DNA from: Auanema rhodensis
Taxonomy: Eukaryota; Animalia; Nematoda
Reading direction: 5' to 3'
Length of the DNA stretch: 64,000 nt
Assembly: GCA_964057225.1 (NCBI GenBank)
Contig: OZ059895.1
Coordinates: 14,818,001 to 14,882,000, forward strand
Made by a program: the position numbers and the translations under genes. The notes beneath the pieces are model-generated. The model was not told where the DNA came from, did not search any database, and saw nothing but the letters and a program-made list of their open reading frames with translations. This document shows, in pieces, positions 38,349 to 53,299 of the stretch (positions are counted from its first letter, which is position 1; each line of letters starts with the position of its first letter).

Positions 38349-41300
38349 TTAACAAATTTTGAACACCCTGATTTTACCATCGAAGCCAGCATACGCTAGG
38401 TGATCTACATCTGTACTAGCAGATGAGAATCTAAAATATAAGAGAACTTGGAATAGAAAAGAAAAGAATTAAATTTGAAATATACCGTAGTCTAAGAACA
38501 GCAGAATCAACAGCTACGTGTGGTGTAAGAGTGGTAATTTCTTCAGCTATTTTGTTTTCAACCAATTTTAGAAGAGTTACTGAGCCATCTTGAAGTCCAC
38601 AAGCTATCACGGATCTCTTACTAGCAGCTACAGAGGTTATAGGTTGGCGTAATGTATGAGAAACTATAGGAGTTGCCACATTATTTTCAACTTTCCACAC
38701 AATAAGCTTAAATTTAAAATTTTCAATATATTTCATGACTTCAAAATCTACTTTTTTATCTCTAGATCCCGTGACAAACATGGTAGAATTGGGAATCCAA
38801 CTACATGACCAAATAATTCTGGAATGTTCATTCGTGGACTGCCAGATCTTCTCATAATCAAATCCATTTTCTGAATTAATGAATATGATTAAGCTATTCT
38901 TTGAAAAACAATTTACTGTCTCCATTTTTCTCTTTATATATGATTGCAGTACGATCTCTACTAACACTCAATAGATATTCTCCATCAGAACTCCACTCAA
39001 TCTGTGTAACAGTTAAACCATGGCCTAGAAGATGTAAAACTTGGTGATCTGAACTGCGTATCCTCGTCATACCTATCACTTTATTCTTCAAATTCCAAGT
39101 AGCTGTATCCCATAACAAGATTGCAGCATGATCTGTTTGACTTGCCTGTTGAAATTCAAAAAATGAATGAAAACAAATTATTAAAACTTACTTTGCATGC
39201 TGTTGCAATCACGGTACCTGATGGATTGCTTGCAATAGCATAAACTTCAAAGCCATGTCCATAAAGCTTATGCAACTCGGGCCAAAGGGTGTTCTGTTGT
39301 AAACAATCCTCAGTAGGAACATCTGAAGTTTAAATTGTCGCCATTTTTTGAAAGCTTATTACATACTTTTCAAATCTTGTGGATTAGCAAGGAACTGTTC
39401 TTCTTCCCAATGTGTTTCTTCTGATTCATCAGATTTAGTTTGATCAACTTCTTTATTTGATAAGCCAAGTGCCGGCATACGAGCTCCTGCTTGCGCAAGA
39501 TCAGAAACATCAAAAACCTAAATAGGCAAATCTGATTCTAAACTATCTATAACTAATTTACCTTCTCCTTGTCAATACCAGAAATTTGGGCTAATGAATT
39601 GGCAAAGGTAATAGGAGCTTGAAACGACCGGAAAATCTTTTCTTCTCCTCCGGATACAAATCGAGAACTGAAATCAATTGTTTACACTTGTCCGAATAAA
39701 TGTATTTTCATTTTTAGACAACTATGAAGCGGTTGCTTTCTAATTTTTCTTTAAAAATCAAATTTCTATTTCAGGTAATAACAATTTTCTTATAACAAGC
39801 TATATATGTCACCTTGATAAGGAACAAACACACTGCATTTCATGTCCATGAACTTGAGGTCTAGCTATTTCAGCATAAGAGTTCTGAATCAAAACATTTT
39901 TCACCATGGTTGAATTTTTAGCTAACTCCTTCTTTCTGTATGGCGAATAATCTTGTTGTTTTATCACTTCCAGCGGATAAAATATAATTTCCATTAGGCT
40001 CCCAACATACGTCTCTAGCTTCTCCCACATGTCCACCAACCATTGGAATTGCCACCCATGGTTCATTCTAGCATAAAACTTTTGTTGAATATTCATAAAT
40101 ATCCAATAAAAACCTCATTGATCAATCTCCAAGCATGAAGTCCTCCAAAGTAAGAGCTTGAAACTAAGCCCTTACTATTATTGGTAAAAACGGCAGAGAA
40201 GAACCCAGCAGCTTGACCACCAACAATTCCTACTCTAATCTAGAGAAAACAATTAGACATATTTTTAGAAAACTGTAAAATCTTACTGAATCCGTCCAAA
40301 TTCCTCCAGTTTCTTTCCAAATAATAGCTGTTTTATCACTTGAAGAAGTTACCAAAAGAGATCCATCTTTATTCCATTCAGTTGAATGCACCCAATCTTC
40401 GTGTCCTGACAACACAGCTTCAACATTAATAGCATAACCAATATCTATAATGTACAAATGACGTGACGCACTTCTACCGATCTATGCGTACCTCCATTGG
40501 CAGTAGGAACTATAAACTTATTCTTCGTTACACTCAATTCTTCATCATCTTCGGATTCCGAATTTTCTGATATTCTCCACAATCTAACATAGCTGTCTTG
40601 TCCAGCACTTGCGAGCAATAAGCTTTCATTATTATCTGGACATAGATATGCTTTATCATCAACATTAACAAGTAATAGCCTACTATTGAAACAAACGGAA
40701 TGTATCCAATCGTTATGACCAATAAATGACAGAACTGCTTCGAAATTCTAACAGGAAATCTTTAAATTCAGTGTCTCATTGATTCGACACTTACATTTTT
40801 TTCTTTGTTTTCTACATAGAGATCAATTTTCCTTAGAGATGTACCGGCTGCTATTATCACATTTCCACAAGGTAAAACGACAGTATCAATAGATAATGGA
40901 AAGGCGTTAGAAGCTTGTTTGATATCCTCTTTGCATCTAACTGTCCAATTTTCACCGGATTTAGTGAGCCACCAACACCTTATACCGGTACTCATACCTC
41001 CCTGAACCAGATACCTACATCACAACCTCTGGTGGGCTTAAACTAACCCAAGATGCGGCAATGACTAACTCATCACCTCTAGCTGTTCCAGAGACTGAAG
41101 TGACAGCAATTGGTAATTTATCTGAACAAGCACTATGATCTTGATCTTATTATAAATCTCTGACCAAGTTTTAGGAGGAACGTAAACTTATTGTTCTCAT
41201 AAGCCCAAAAAATCACATCACCGTTATTGCATCCCGAAACGAAATAGTTATCTAGAAATGTGTTCTATTGCACCAAATCAATTCGGTTAATCCATACCAC

Positions 41301-41545
41301 TACATGGTACAACTCTCTTAACAACTGTAATTGCCTTTGAATGACGTCTCTCTGAAACTGTAAGAACTCTCCCCGATTGATCGGAAGTCTAAAATACTAT
41401 GTAGGCCCCCAGACGCTTTATACTTCAACAATGTACCATAGGAACATGTTCTGCTACCAAATGACCATCAGCAGCATACACAATAATATCAGATCCCTCG
41501 CATAGTGCTATACAGTGGGACCGAGAATTCACACCAGCTGAGCAG
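38349..41545 (-). CDS. elpc-2: Elongator subunit ELP2 (WD40)
   Basis: [68 protein letters not shown]. Confidence 0.95.
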
Positions 41546-41697
41546 AAAACTTCTTCAAGATCCATATATAACTCAAAAATACATTTTTTTAGCATTCCCC
41601 TTATTTAGAAATTGAAATCAGTAACAACTGAGAATACAGAACAGTACAAATTCTAGAACGAAATGTATTCATTCATAACATAACAAATAACAACACT

Positions 41698-41941
<244 letters not shown>

Positions 41942-42767
41942 TTTACCTGAATATTTAAAAATTACTTAACGTTAACTGGGATGAGAAATCATGTAAGATA
42001 AGAAGTCTAATTGTATTTAACATAACGGCAAAGGTTGTTACATCAAGATTTATCTAAAGGACTAGAAAATATGGTGTAAAAAAATTAAAGTCATATTGAA
42101 GTTCAGGGAATTGCCACAAAGCAGACATAACAGATATCAAAGAAGAAGCAGATTAGAACTTCTACTTACACTTACTTAGATGAATCAAATAAGAAAAAAT
42201 TCAAACGAAAACAAACATAATTAACAGAAAAATGCATCAAAATCCCAAAATTTTACACAATAAAGGCCTAGTGAAAAAATGTTGTGGCTTTACGATACGC
42301 TTTAGAATCGCGCCAAGAACCTTTAGAGCAGACCTTTAAATATTGCAACATATAACGCTGTGGCTGCTCAAAACTAAAGTTAAAAAAAATGTGGCAATAA
42401 AACAGAACTCAAAATTTATAATTTGTTTGAATAGAAAGTGTAATATACTTATTTTACATTTAAAATTTACATATTCAGATTTCTTTATGTAAGCCTTTAT
42501 AATATTATATTGTTTATGAGATGTATATGTCGGTAATCCTCATAATTATATTATAATATTTTCTATTTATATAATAAAAATATTATATTAACGAATGGGA
42601 ATTTATATGCAACCGTTCGAAATGTCTTTTGTAATAAAAATGGTTATTCACGCCAACATCTCACGTGTGCGTTATCATTTTTCTTTTTAACACAGTTGTT
42701 CACAAAAAAAATTTATTAATGAAAAATATGTAGATAATCATTATATTACACGTATAATTTGGTCATA

Positions 42768-44188
42768 TTACAAAATTACATAGTAAGTTAATAACATTAT
42801 AACCATATAAGAGAATACTGATCTACGGCTATTATTAGGCTGCTTAAGCTCAGAGTTCATTATGTTCTTTCTCATAGACTTCTTAAGTAATAAACTATTT
42901 TCAACATTTGGTATAACAGTAGTTGGTGCTTGAGTAACTATTTTTTCTGTTGAAGTACTAGGTAAACGTTCAGGTTGACTGTTATACGAAGTTGCTACCA
43001 TTTCACTAGGTGCATCTGGTAAAACTGAAGATTCTTCATGAATCTTATCTAATAATTGAAGCTTAGGGGAAGTTCCAGTAAATTGGCAGGCTGGCATCAA
43101 AGTATTGGTGGTATCCTTCAAAACTCTGAAAATCACTTGCCATGCAGACTTCCCACATCGTTCTCGGATATGTGGACGAACACAGCCGGAGAAAAAATTT
43201 AATGCTCTGTAACGAGGTTTTGAATAATATGAGACCATAAGTGGTAAGACATGTAGCATACCCACACATGCGGTCCATTTTAGCATCAATAGCTATGCCA
43301 GTTTGACCATTAGCTGTCTCGATGTCTCGTAATGTTTCATCATGACATAACTTAACTTTGGGCCGACGATCAAGATCCATAAGACAATCAGCCGATTCCA
43401 TGAAGGCTAAAACACGGTTTTAAGAAAAAAAAGATTTTCTCAACAATTTTTTCGTTTAATTCAATTGAACAACAAGAAAATGAAAACAATAGACTTAATG
43501 CCATGGCTTCGCTTCTTCTCATTATATCGTTTGAATGGTATTATTGGATTAAATTAAGTAAAATGCGCAATATTAAGATTAGGAGGGCTAAACACGCAGA
43601 AATTTTTTTTTCTTCTTTCCTGTTGAAAAAGAAAATATGAAAGTTTATAAAAACTTACTGTTATAACCTTCATTACATAGATATCCATACGAGCTGTCAA
43701 TTAAAGATATCGTGACATGTCGGGGACATTTCACTCGTTGCTCTTGGACACATTCATTGAATTTGGCGATTAGTCTGAAAATAAATGAACTTATATTCAT
43801 TCTTTTCATCATTTAAATAAGTATTATTTGTCTCACAGTTTCATACTCACTTGCAAAGATCATTGAAAACGCTTCCGCCCATGTTGGGTAGTGAGAATGG
43901 GGCGGCAATTTCATCTCCACCAGGACCTCGGCCTTCCTGAAATTATTTTCTTAAGTTTTACAAACTTTATACATTCCCAGTCTAATCGTCGTTTCAATTC
44001 TTCTCACATTTTTGTTGATGACTTTAGCATATTCAGCTACAGGAGCAACACACTCTTGAATTCGTGAACTAACATAGTTCGGACAGTAATCAGCTGCACT
44101 GACATAGGTGAACACTGCAAAATGTTTTTAGAATGAAAAACTTTATTCAAAGTTAAAACTTACGAAAAGAATATAACAACAGCTTCAT
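42768..44188 (-). CDS. Secreted/GPI-type Cys-rich protein with DUF19/CPG4-like domain and S/T-rich stalk
   Basis: Signal peptide MKLLLYSF..., CNEGYNTFMESADCLMDLD, MDRMCG/ALNFFSGCVRPHIRERCG, S/T/P-rich region, hydrophobic C-terminus. Confidence 0.75.
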
Positions 44189-47100
44189 AATCGTGGCTCA
44201 GTGTCCATAACTTTATTTTCTTCTTAAAAATAACAGAATCTAAGATTGTTATATGAAATAGGTAACAGAGAGAGAGAGAGAGCTGGAACAAAATGAGGAG
44301 ATGAGAAGAATCAAATACGAACAACTCGAAGAGAATAGACAATATGTGTGATTTCAGAACGAATTACGATAAATATCGTGAGCTATTGAGAATCTCCCAC
44401 GACTCTTTAGCAAGGGAAGGTTAAAAGGTGTTCAAACAACTTTCCAAATAAGGTTATGGCTTTTAGAGTTTTCTCTCTATCTCTCTCCTTCTCTCTCTAT
44501 CTATATGTTTATAGTATAATCTAAATAATAATAATAAATCGCATAATATTTTGGTCAAAACTTCAAACATATATTTTCTTCTAATATTGTAGAATTTAAG
44601 TAAAAATATCACATAAATAATATGTAATGTTCATTGACTCTGACACATATACATAGAGAAGCTGAAGCTATAGGTGAGTGAAGGAGAGAGAGAGAGCACA
44701 AGATGAAGCCGACTGAAAGGCGGAGCAAATTCAAAAAAATAGCCAAATGAAATACATATATATATATATATATATATATTCTTACGCTTCTAATATATAT
44801 ATATATATATACATATATAGTAAAAATATATTTTTTATTTACCGAAAATTAAGTTTTGAGGTCATGCTCGGAAATTAAGTTAGTGTAGTAGTGGCCGTGT
44901 GTTGCCTTCATGACAAGAGGGACTCTACTATCCGAAAAAATCTTTTTTTTTCTCCTTCTTCTTCTCCTTCTTCTTCAGGAATCTGAAGGATTATTTAGTC
45001 ATAAATCAGAATAAACGTATAAAGCATATGGATGGGATTTCCCTCCCCCCCCTGGAGAGAACAAGGAAAAAAAAACGGAAAAACGATCACATACAACGAA
45101 TTAAAAGAAAAAAACGATCAAAATGGAGAGTTTACTAGTAGAGAGCTCGCGCCATTTCCGAATCATTGAGAATTTGGAGTACTTTTCTACTTTAATCTTT
45201 GAAATGTTTCCGAAGTCTGTCGTTTTCAAATCATTTTTCAATAAAATTTTGAGAGGTAATAGAAAAACGAAATGAAAAATAAAAGAATAAACATTGTATT
45301 CTCATGGAAGTCTTTCATAAAGTTTAAAAAAAATAAAAATATTAAGGTTATGAGCTATAAATGAACAGTATTTTGAGAATTTTCAAAGATTTTTCAATCA
45401 AATTTTAAAACAAATAAAATACTGTCCATTAAAAATTTATAGAGGAAGTATGAGAGCAAGTTGACAGGTGTCTTCACGTTCTGTATGAGTTTTTTCTTTT
45501 TTTTTGAATGAAAGGGTCGTCGAATGTTACTTTTTCAGAAGAAATCGCAACGAAGGATTGAAATGACGAAAGAGAGAGAGAGAATGTTGAATCAGGTAAC
45601 AGGATAAATGCTTCTCATTGAGATTAAGAAACTTGAATCCGAACTTGGAAAGATGAAAAGAGCATATTTCTCGCCAATTGTTTGACCGTAACCGAGCAAA
45701 TGCTCTATTGATCTATATAGTGTAGATCGACAGACAGATAGATCTGATCTGTCATCCAATTCCTTTTGACATTTTTGGTGAAGTGGATGCAGAATAGTGA
45801 TTTAATGAACTTAAATTTAAGAAATTTTATACTAATCATCATTTCGATTGTGTTATTATTAAGTCAAAGAAAGTCAACCAGGTGCTCATAATCCTGAGTG
45901 CAATCAGGAAGCACGCTTTAAGCTGATGTCTTATGCTCAAAATTGCATAGTTAGAAAGCAATTTAGCTGAAAATTTTGAATTTTTTGGAATTAACTCTCA
46001 AAACAACTATCTAATATTCGTAATTGAAAGTAATATATAAAAGAAAAAGAAAAAAGTTTCGAAAAGCGTTGAATGCTCGTCCTTCTCTTGGCTAGCTAGG
46101 CTTTTGGGTAGTGCGTAAGCAAAAATTGTCGATTTGATTGATGAGATAGGGAACTAATTATTTGAAAAAAACCTTTTTTTAGGCAAAAAAGTAATGAGAG
46201 AGCCGAAGAAATTGGAACAAATAAAATGATAGATTCAATGCTATAAAAGGTAAAGATACAACATATAACCTATATCGGCCAGGAAGTATTTATGTTCTAA
46301 TGATGTTTGTAACTCTCTCTCTCTCCCCTCGTCCCCTCTCCCTTTTTCTCTCTCTTTCTACCTCCATGTATCTTATATTAAGCATAAAACCTGTGTATTT
46401 CTACTATTCAATGAAATAGGAAGGAAAAAGAGAAGGATAAAAGATCTAAGAGAATAAAAGAGAGCGAGAGAGAGAGAGGGAGAAAGGTACAGAGAGATGG
46501 AGGGAGAGATAAAAGAGGTACAGAAGGAAGAAATACATTTTCAATGTTCTTCTCTCATCCTGGTCATTCAGGTGGAATAAGATATACTAACTTAACGAAT
46601 GAACTTACATCTATATGAGATATAACCCAACATACATCTATAGACTTATGCATATGAATCCCCTCCCCCTCTCTTTCTCTCTCTCTCTCTCTCTCTCTGT
46701 CTCTTTCTGTGTGCTTATATACATTTCTTTAAGAAATCTGAGAGAATTATTTGGTTTAAAAGAAAAAAATTCCTTTTTTTCCCTTGAAATCTATAATTTC
46801 AAGTGTTGAAGTTTCTATTTAAGCTCAAGAAATGTGCCTTGTGAGCATTAGAATTGAGCATATTGAGATCTACAGACTACTAGTACTGCTCTGCAACTGC
46901 TGCTTCAAACGAACTCAATTTCACTCTCTTGAGAATTGGAAATAAAAAAATTTAAAAATTTTTTTCTGGCAAAGTGTTTACCTGATTGAGCAGATATTTC
47001 TGAGTTGAAAACTTGAAGAAGTTTATAGTCGGAGGAGTAGAAATGGAATTTAATGTTATTGAAAGTTACAAATGGAATAGCTGCGTTTGGAAGAGAGAAA

Positions 47101-49418
47101 CAAGACATGAAAAGAAAGCTTTGGATTTGTTTTTACTCATTAAATATCTTCTGTTTTTAGAAAAAAAATAGCAATAAAGGTTCTGAAAAGAGAATTATGA
47201 ATGAAGATGAAGAGCTTCAATCAGAATGCCATTTATAGGATATGATGCGGAATGACATGAATGTGGCAGAATTAGCATATTGCAGAAAACCAGTTAGATA
47301 CCAGCAGCATCAGAATCTTAGCAGCAGAAAGTAGGGACGACGATAGCAGATGAATGTTGAATATGAGCTACATTTGTTCGACGGTGTTTAGAATCGTTTA
47401 TTTGCTCATTCGAAGGAGTGATTATCGAAGTTCGGGGGGGGGGGGGAAGCTGAGGAAAAGGGAGGAGGGAGTTGATGAAATTGGAAGTGAGAAGCAAAGG
47501 ACGTTAAGAGATGAAAAAGGAAAACGATGGTGATGTGAAAAGATGGGTTGATGCTATGTTGTATGTCAAATCTACTTGAAAGCCTCTCATCGCAAGGAAC
47601 TCATTTAACTTGGATCCGCAGTATTTGGGGTCGATGACACGAGTGACCTGCTTGATGTTCAAGTAAGTAAGCTGAAGGCAAATTGGGTGAATTACTCATA
47701 TGGTCTCATATGGGAATAAAATAAATTTTTTTGAGATAAATGTAAAGAAGTTGCGAAAAAAGAAAATTTGCTGCTGTACTAGCTGACAGCCAGGAGAGCA
47801 GATGGAGCAGGAGCACAACGATGGCTAAAACAAGTGAAAGAAACCTACAATTAAGTCTTTAGAAGTAAATAAACTAGGACACAGAAGGTTAAAGTTGTTG
47901 CTTTCTTGCAAAACTTGAATAAACATAAGAAAATGCATGAAATTTGCAAATTATATACATAAAATTAAAGAAAAAATGTTTTTTCGCGCGATAAATCTGG
48001 TGTCATGATGCTCTTGCTCGGCATAATCATGACGATCATCATCATCATCATGCTTTAAGTAATATTACTTAGCAGCCAATTAATTAGTTTACAGCTTTCT
48101 CTCTCTCTCTCTTTTTCTCTCTCTCTCTCTCTTTATTTTCTTTGAAAGGTTTAAAGGACCGTTCTTTTTAGAAATATTCAGCCGGCTGATGCCCATCTGC
48201 AACCATCTAGTATGTGGTCTCTTACAGCTTTTATGACCAAGCTAATGCTGTAAGAAATAGTGAGAATCTTTGGCCAATATTTTTGAAGAAAATGATGAAT
48301 TTGACAAGCAGAATAAGAAAGATATTCACATTGAATGTAAGCAACATTCAGGTAAACAATGATTGAAAATTTAAATTTATGCTCAAGGATGCTATAGAAA
48401 GAATTCTAAGGCCTTTAAGCGATTGTCCTGCTGAAGAAGGTGGGGTAGTATGTTCATTCTCTTACGCTAGATCTCTCTCTATCTATCTCTATCTATCTCT
48501 CTATGCTTTTCTTTCTTTGATTCTAATAAGGAAGACAACGGAAATACATGAACGGATCAGATGTCAGTTGGATACAAACACTCTCAACCTACTGCTGCTG
48601 ACCGCTGTCTCGCAGACTCCGTTGTTGTAGCTTCTTGTGTCCAGCGAGCTTTTCACTGTCTATTCCTACTATCTCTCTTCAATCTCTTTTCTTCTCAGTC
48701 CACCAATACCTCATAACGGATTAAAGACAAACGAAATACTATGCTAGTTCATATCTATACTATATGTAAATATCATATAATTAGTGTCTATAACCTTCTC
48801 TCCTTCTTAATTTCTTAATTCTTTGTCCTCTTTAAATGGAGGAAGATGTAACTGATACACAATAGAAATACAATCTTCGTCTAAATATGGAAAACTGTCT
48901 ATTTTCAGAGAAATGTGATGCAATTCCGCTGCTTGCTCAGCTCAGATATTGCCACCTATGTATGTATAATAATCTCCAAAACAGATCACAACCTTTTATT
49001 TTAAATGGAAATTCGAAAATAAAGGGAAAAATCAATTTAAATTTTATAAAATTTTTGACATTATGTACAACATATGCAATAAATTCAAATATTTACACGT
49101 AAAAAATGACATAGTTAATAATCATATAGTTAAAACTATGCACACGTGATGATGATTCTGGAAAAAATCAAGAAAATCAAGAAAAACAAAAAACTTTTTC
49201 TGCGAACTTAGTCAAATGACAAAACAAATAGCTTCCCTGAGTGGAGAAAGAAAAAAAATGACAAAAAGTAATAAGAGCATTCATGATGATGATGATGATG
49301 ATGTTGACCTTTGCAAGGCTTTGGATATGTAGAATTGAAAGATGAAAAACCACATATGAACTAGAAGGACATACACACATAGACAAAGAAAAGTGTTCAA
49401 CATAAAACGGTAATAAGC

Positions 49419-51275
49419 TTAACCTAAGTTTTTGCCTATATAGTTCCAGCATAAATAAGCTTTATTCACACGTCTGAGATCGCTAGCTGAGAAATCAACA
49501 CTGCGACCCATAATCGGAGTGAATCTTTTATCCTAAACAATGATTATTGATTTTTCTTTTTAAAAATATAAAATATAAAAAAGAAATTTACCTTAGCTTC
49601 GATTGTATTTTTTCCATTTTTACTTCCTTCATTGCTTTCATAATGCATGATGGAGAGATAATCGTAGCTTTCTCCATAGTATGATAATCCGAAGTTAGAA
49701 AGTTTGGCAAAATCGGTATCAGCACCTGTATATTGTCTTTTTTCAAATAAATAAATATATTTTAATAATTAAAATAAAAATGGATTGACGCGAAATTTTT
49801 AAATTTTCACGTGAAATATTCTAATGAAGTCGTTTATTCACGTATATTTTGGTTCATTTTGTAATTAATTGTTGTTGCACGTGGTCGGTTGCTTTTATAG
49901 TTACGTGAAATATATTTTAATACGCATTACGTATAATATTCAAAATTTTAAATTTACGTTCAGGACGGCGTGACCCAACGCTGGGTCACGCCCTCCTGAA
50001 TGTGTTAAATAAAAAATAATTTTGATATACGAACCTGGAATAACGTTCTGCCAAACGATGCTTACAAAGGTATCACGATCATCACGTTGATGTTCATGAA
50101 TAAATCCTTAAACGATGATAAAACAATTAAATATTTCTATTTTTAAATATTTTTGTATATAAATAGGTAAAATATATGATATAACTAACCAATTACATGC
50201 ATAAGTTCATGAATAATTGTTGCATAATCGATACATTCATCAGCTAATGATACTTGTTGACGTCCACCAACTTTAGCAAAGTCAGCATAACATCTGTAAA
50301 ATGGGATATTATATTTGAACTTGATTAAACATAGGCTGGTATTGAATAAAATTAAAAATTATACCCATCCAACTTGGATATGACAACGTAATCCTTGTCT
50401 GTTGTTTGTTTTGGGACAAATCGTATACAAGTCTTCTGATTATAACCATTAATAGCTTTAGCTATAACAGCTCGTTGTTGTTCAGCTAAAATATAAATAT
50501 ATATTCATATAATGCAGGAGTTATATGATTTTGAATTTGAATTTCTTTAAGTTTGAATTGAGAAAACCACAAATTGAATTCAGAATACAAAAGTTTATAT
50601 TTGGTGTTGGCAGTACACGGAGCAGACGATCGTGTGTCTGCTTAACTCAAATGGCAAATAATTCGATTTATAATTGAAATTTGAGAAAAACGGGAAAAAA
50701 TTGAGTTTATTTCACAATAATCAGTTTTTGAGTTCAAAAAATGAAAGTTGAAGTTGTAGTTAATCGGTTGCGAATAATTTCAAGCCAAATACAGTAGTAG
50801 CTTGTTGGGTGGATTGGCTGATCAGACTAACATGTGTGATAGCTATAGGCGAATCTAGTAGGAAATGTGCACCAGGTTTTAAAGTTTTGAATAGAAAATA
50901 TGAATATAAAGCTATCATTGAATAAAAGATTAAAAAAAAGATTAGAAATAAGTACTGTATGCTGATGATAGAATGTATGGAACACGTCCGTTTGGCCATT
51001 TATCCTTACTATCTTGAACTCCAACACCACCTCGACGGAAGCGCTGAAATACGGCTTTTGAGTGTTTTGGAAGGAAAAATCATTGAAAATGGTATTACTC
51101 GTTGACCAAATCTCTGATCATTATGAAGAGGTGTTGATCGAACTCTTCGTTCAATTGGTATTAGAGCAGCATTGGCAAAATCTCGATCAGTTAGGAATGT
51201 GAAATCTTGGGCTAAGGCAATTCCGAAAAATCCAAAAACAAGAAGCCAATGCAAGTTGAGATTACCAATCATCAT
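49419..51275 (-). CDS. nas-3: Astacin metalloprotease, NAS-3-like
   Basis: Signal peptide, RFRR furin site, [32 protein letters not shown] zinc motif, SIMHY Met-turn, [16 protein letters not shown]. Symbol assigned from remembered similarity. Confidence 0.88.
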
Positions 51276-53299
51276 CTGAATGAATTCTAGTGTTATTGTG
51301 AAAGTAATGAGCACAAGTTTGAGCAGACACAAGTCAAATGAACACATTGAAATACGAATTCGGGTTGATTTTGGGTTGGAACGATGAAAAAATGGGTGGA
51401 AGTTATCAATCTAGATGGCAGAACTTCCAGTCACGCAGGCATCTAGAGATGGTTGTGCCGGAAATTCTAAGCTCATCATCAGCTCCTCCCCGGTTTTCGG
51501 GAACAAACATTGGACGACGGCTGAAGACATCGAGAACTTCTGAAACCGGAAGTTGAGGCGAGAGGGGTAATGTTGTGAGAGCAAGTTAAGTTGGTAGATG
51601 AAACGAGGCGAAAATCAGACAAAAAATTATTTGTTATCGAAAACGTCTTAATATTTGAATTCTGTAAAACATCTTTGAATACATTGAACGGCCTCTTGCA
51701 TTTCAAACAGCCAACTTGAAGTTGCGCATGGTTAGCACCTACATGATTGAGAAAAACGTCCAAGCTTTATCTGCTATGCTTAGAAAGTTGAGCAAAAACT
51801 TGAAATATGTTATGAAGGCTATTGTGTTTAGTTCATGAGGTATCAGCACAGGTTTCGGATTGTTAGAGAAACTTTCTAAGATAATGAGCAAACAATTGAG
51901 TGATGATGACAAAAAAAAATGAAGTCTTCATCATCATCATCTTCATGAAATTGCCGATCGTAAGACAAAATATTAGAAAAAAACGGCAAATTAAACTTTT
52001 TATTTGAATTTCTGGACAATCACACACATTGACGACAACGGAGAACAGAGCGAGAAGCGTGAATCATCTGGTATTGACATGAACTTGAACTGAAGTCGAC
52101 AACTTTGTATTTGAAATTTTGAACATGGAGAGTGGAGAAAAGTGAAAAAGTGAATGGAAGGGTTCTTAAGACAAGAAGAACCATCAGCTTTCATACACAG
52201 TGGACTTTGGAACTGAACTGTGTGTTCTATTGTCCTTATTGAGCTTCACGGCCTCAAGTTCACTGAGACTAGAGCAATGAGGGAAGAACCGGAAACATAT
52301 CTAATTGCAGGAGAAGGTAAGCTGGAGGTGGACAAGGGCGAGAAGAAGCAAAACGAATAGAATATTTCGTATTGGTACAACACAAAAAGATAATATTTGC
52401 TGACTTTCAACAGATAGATGGATGAATCCACGAACTTTTTAGCGACGTCAACAACAGAAGGCCATCTCCTTCCGTAGCTTAGATGCCGAATGATAGCTTC
52501 AGTCATCCAAACCGTATATGTAGTGACAGACAGGATGACGGCGGTGGCGATCATGATGATGTTGATGTTGATGATGATGATGAAGACGGCGACGTCCACC
52601 CACTCTTCTAGCTACATCCAGAATTCGGCGATGATAACGATACAAACGGACGAGTTGCCGAAAATCTGAAAACAGTAAAGCCCATCAGTGGCATACGGTA
52701 CATGTTCCAACGTACAAGCTTCATGATGCGCTCATGTTAGTGCTCAAATCACGTCACGTGTGTCTGCTATCAGAGTGTATCAGCCGTTCCCGATATTCAT
52801 CATCATGTACACGAAGTCTGGACCGGATGGATGAAGTGCAGCACGTCGTCAGAACAAGTTCAGAAGACAAACGAGCAGAAAGACAGAAGAATTGACGTAC
52901 AACCTACGGGCTTGATGATCAGTATCATCGTCATTACAGCTTTTTTTTATTTATTTAGTAAATATTGAAATTCGAACGCAAAATTATTAGCATTTAACAT
53001 TTTTTTCTGAATATTTTCATTTTTTTCATTCAGATTTTTGAACTTAGTGAGTTATAATGGGAATGAAACAAACTAGATTCTGCTCATTCTATGCTGGTAA
53101 CTTGTTCTAGCAAATATTTAAAGTAGCGTGAAGGCGAAGAAAGTCATATTTGACCACTTGTTCACTAGTTTCATGTATTTTTAGACGAATTTTCTCAAAT
53201 TTTCATCCTCTTTTCAAGCAAATCAACCAATTCATTGGTTGCTCACAATCATTATCCTTTAAAATCTCTCATCTAGCTGTCTTTTCGTTTCCATTGCTT

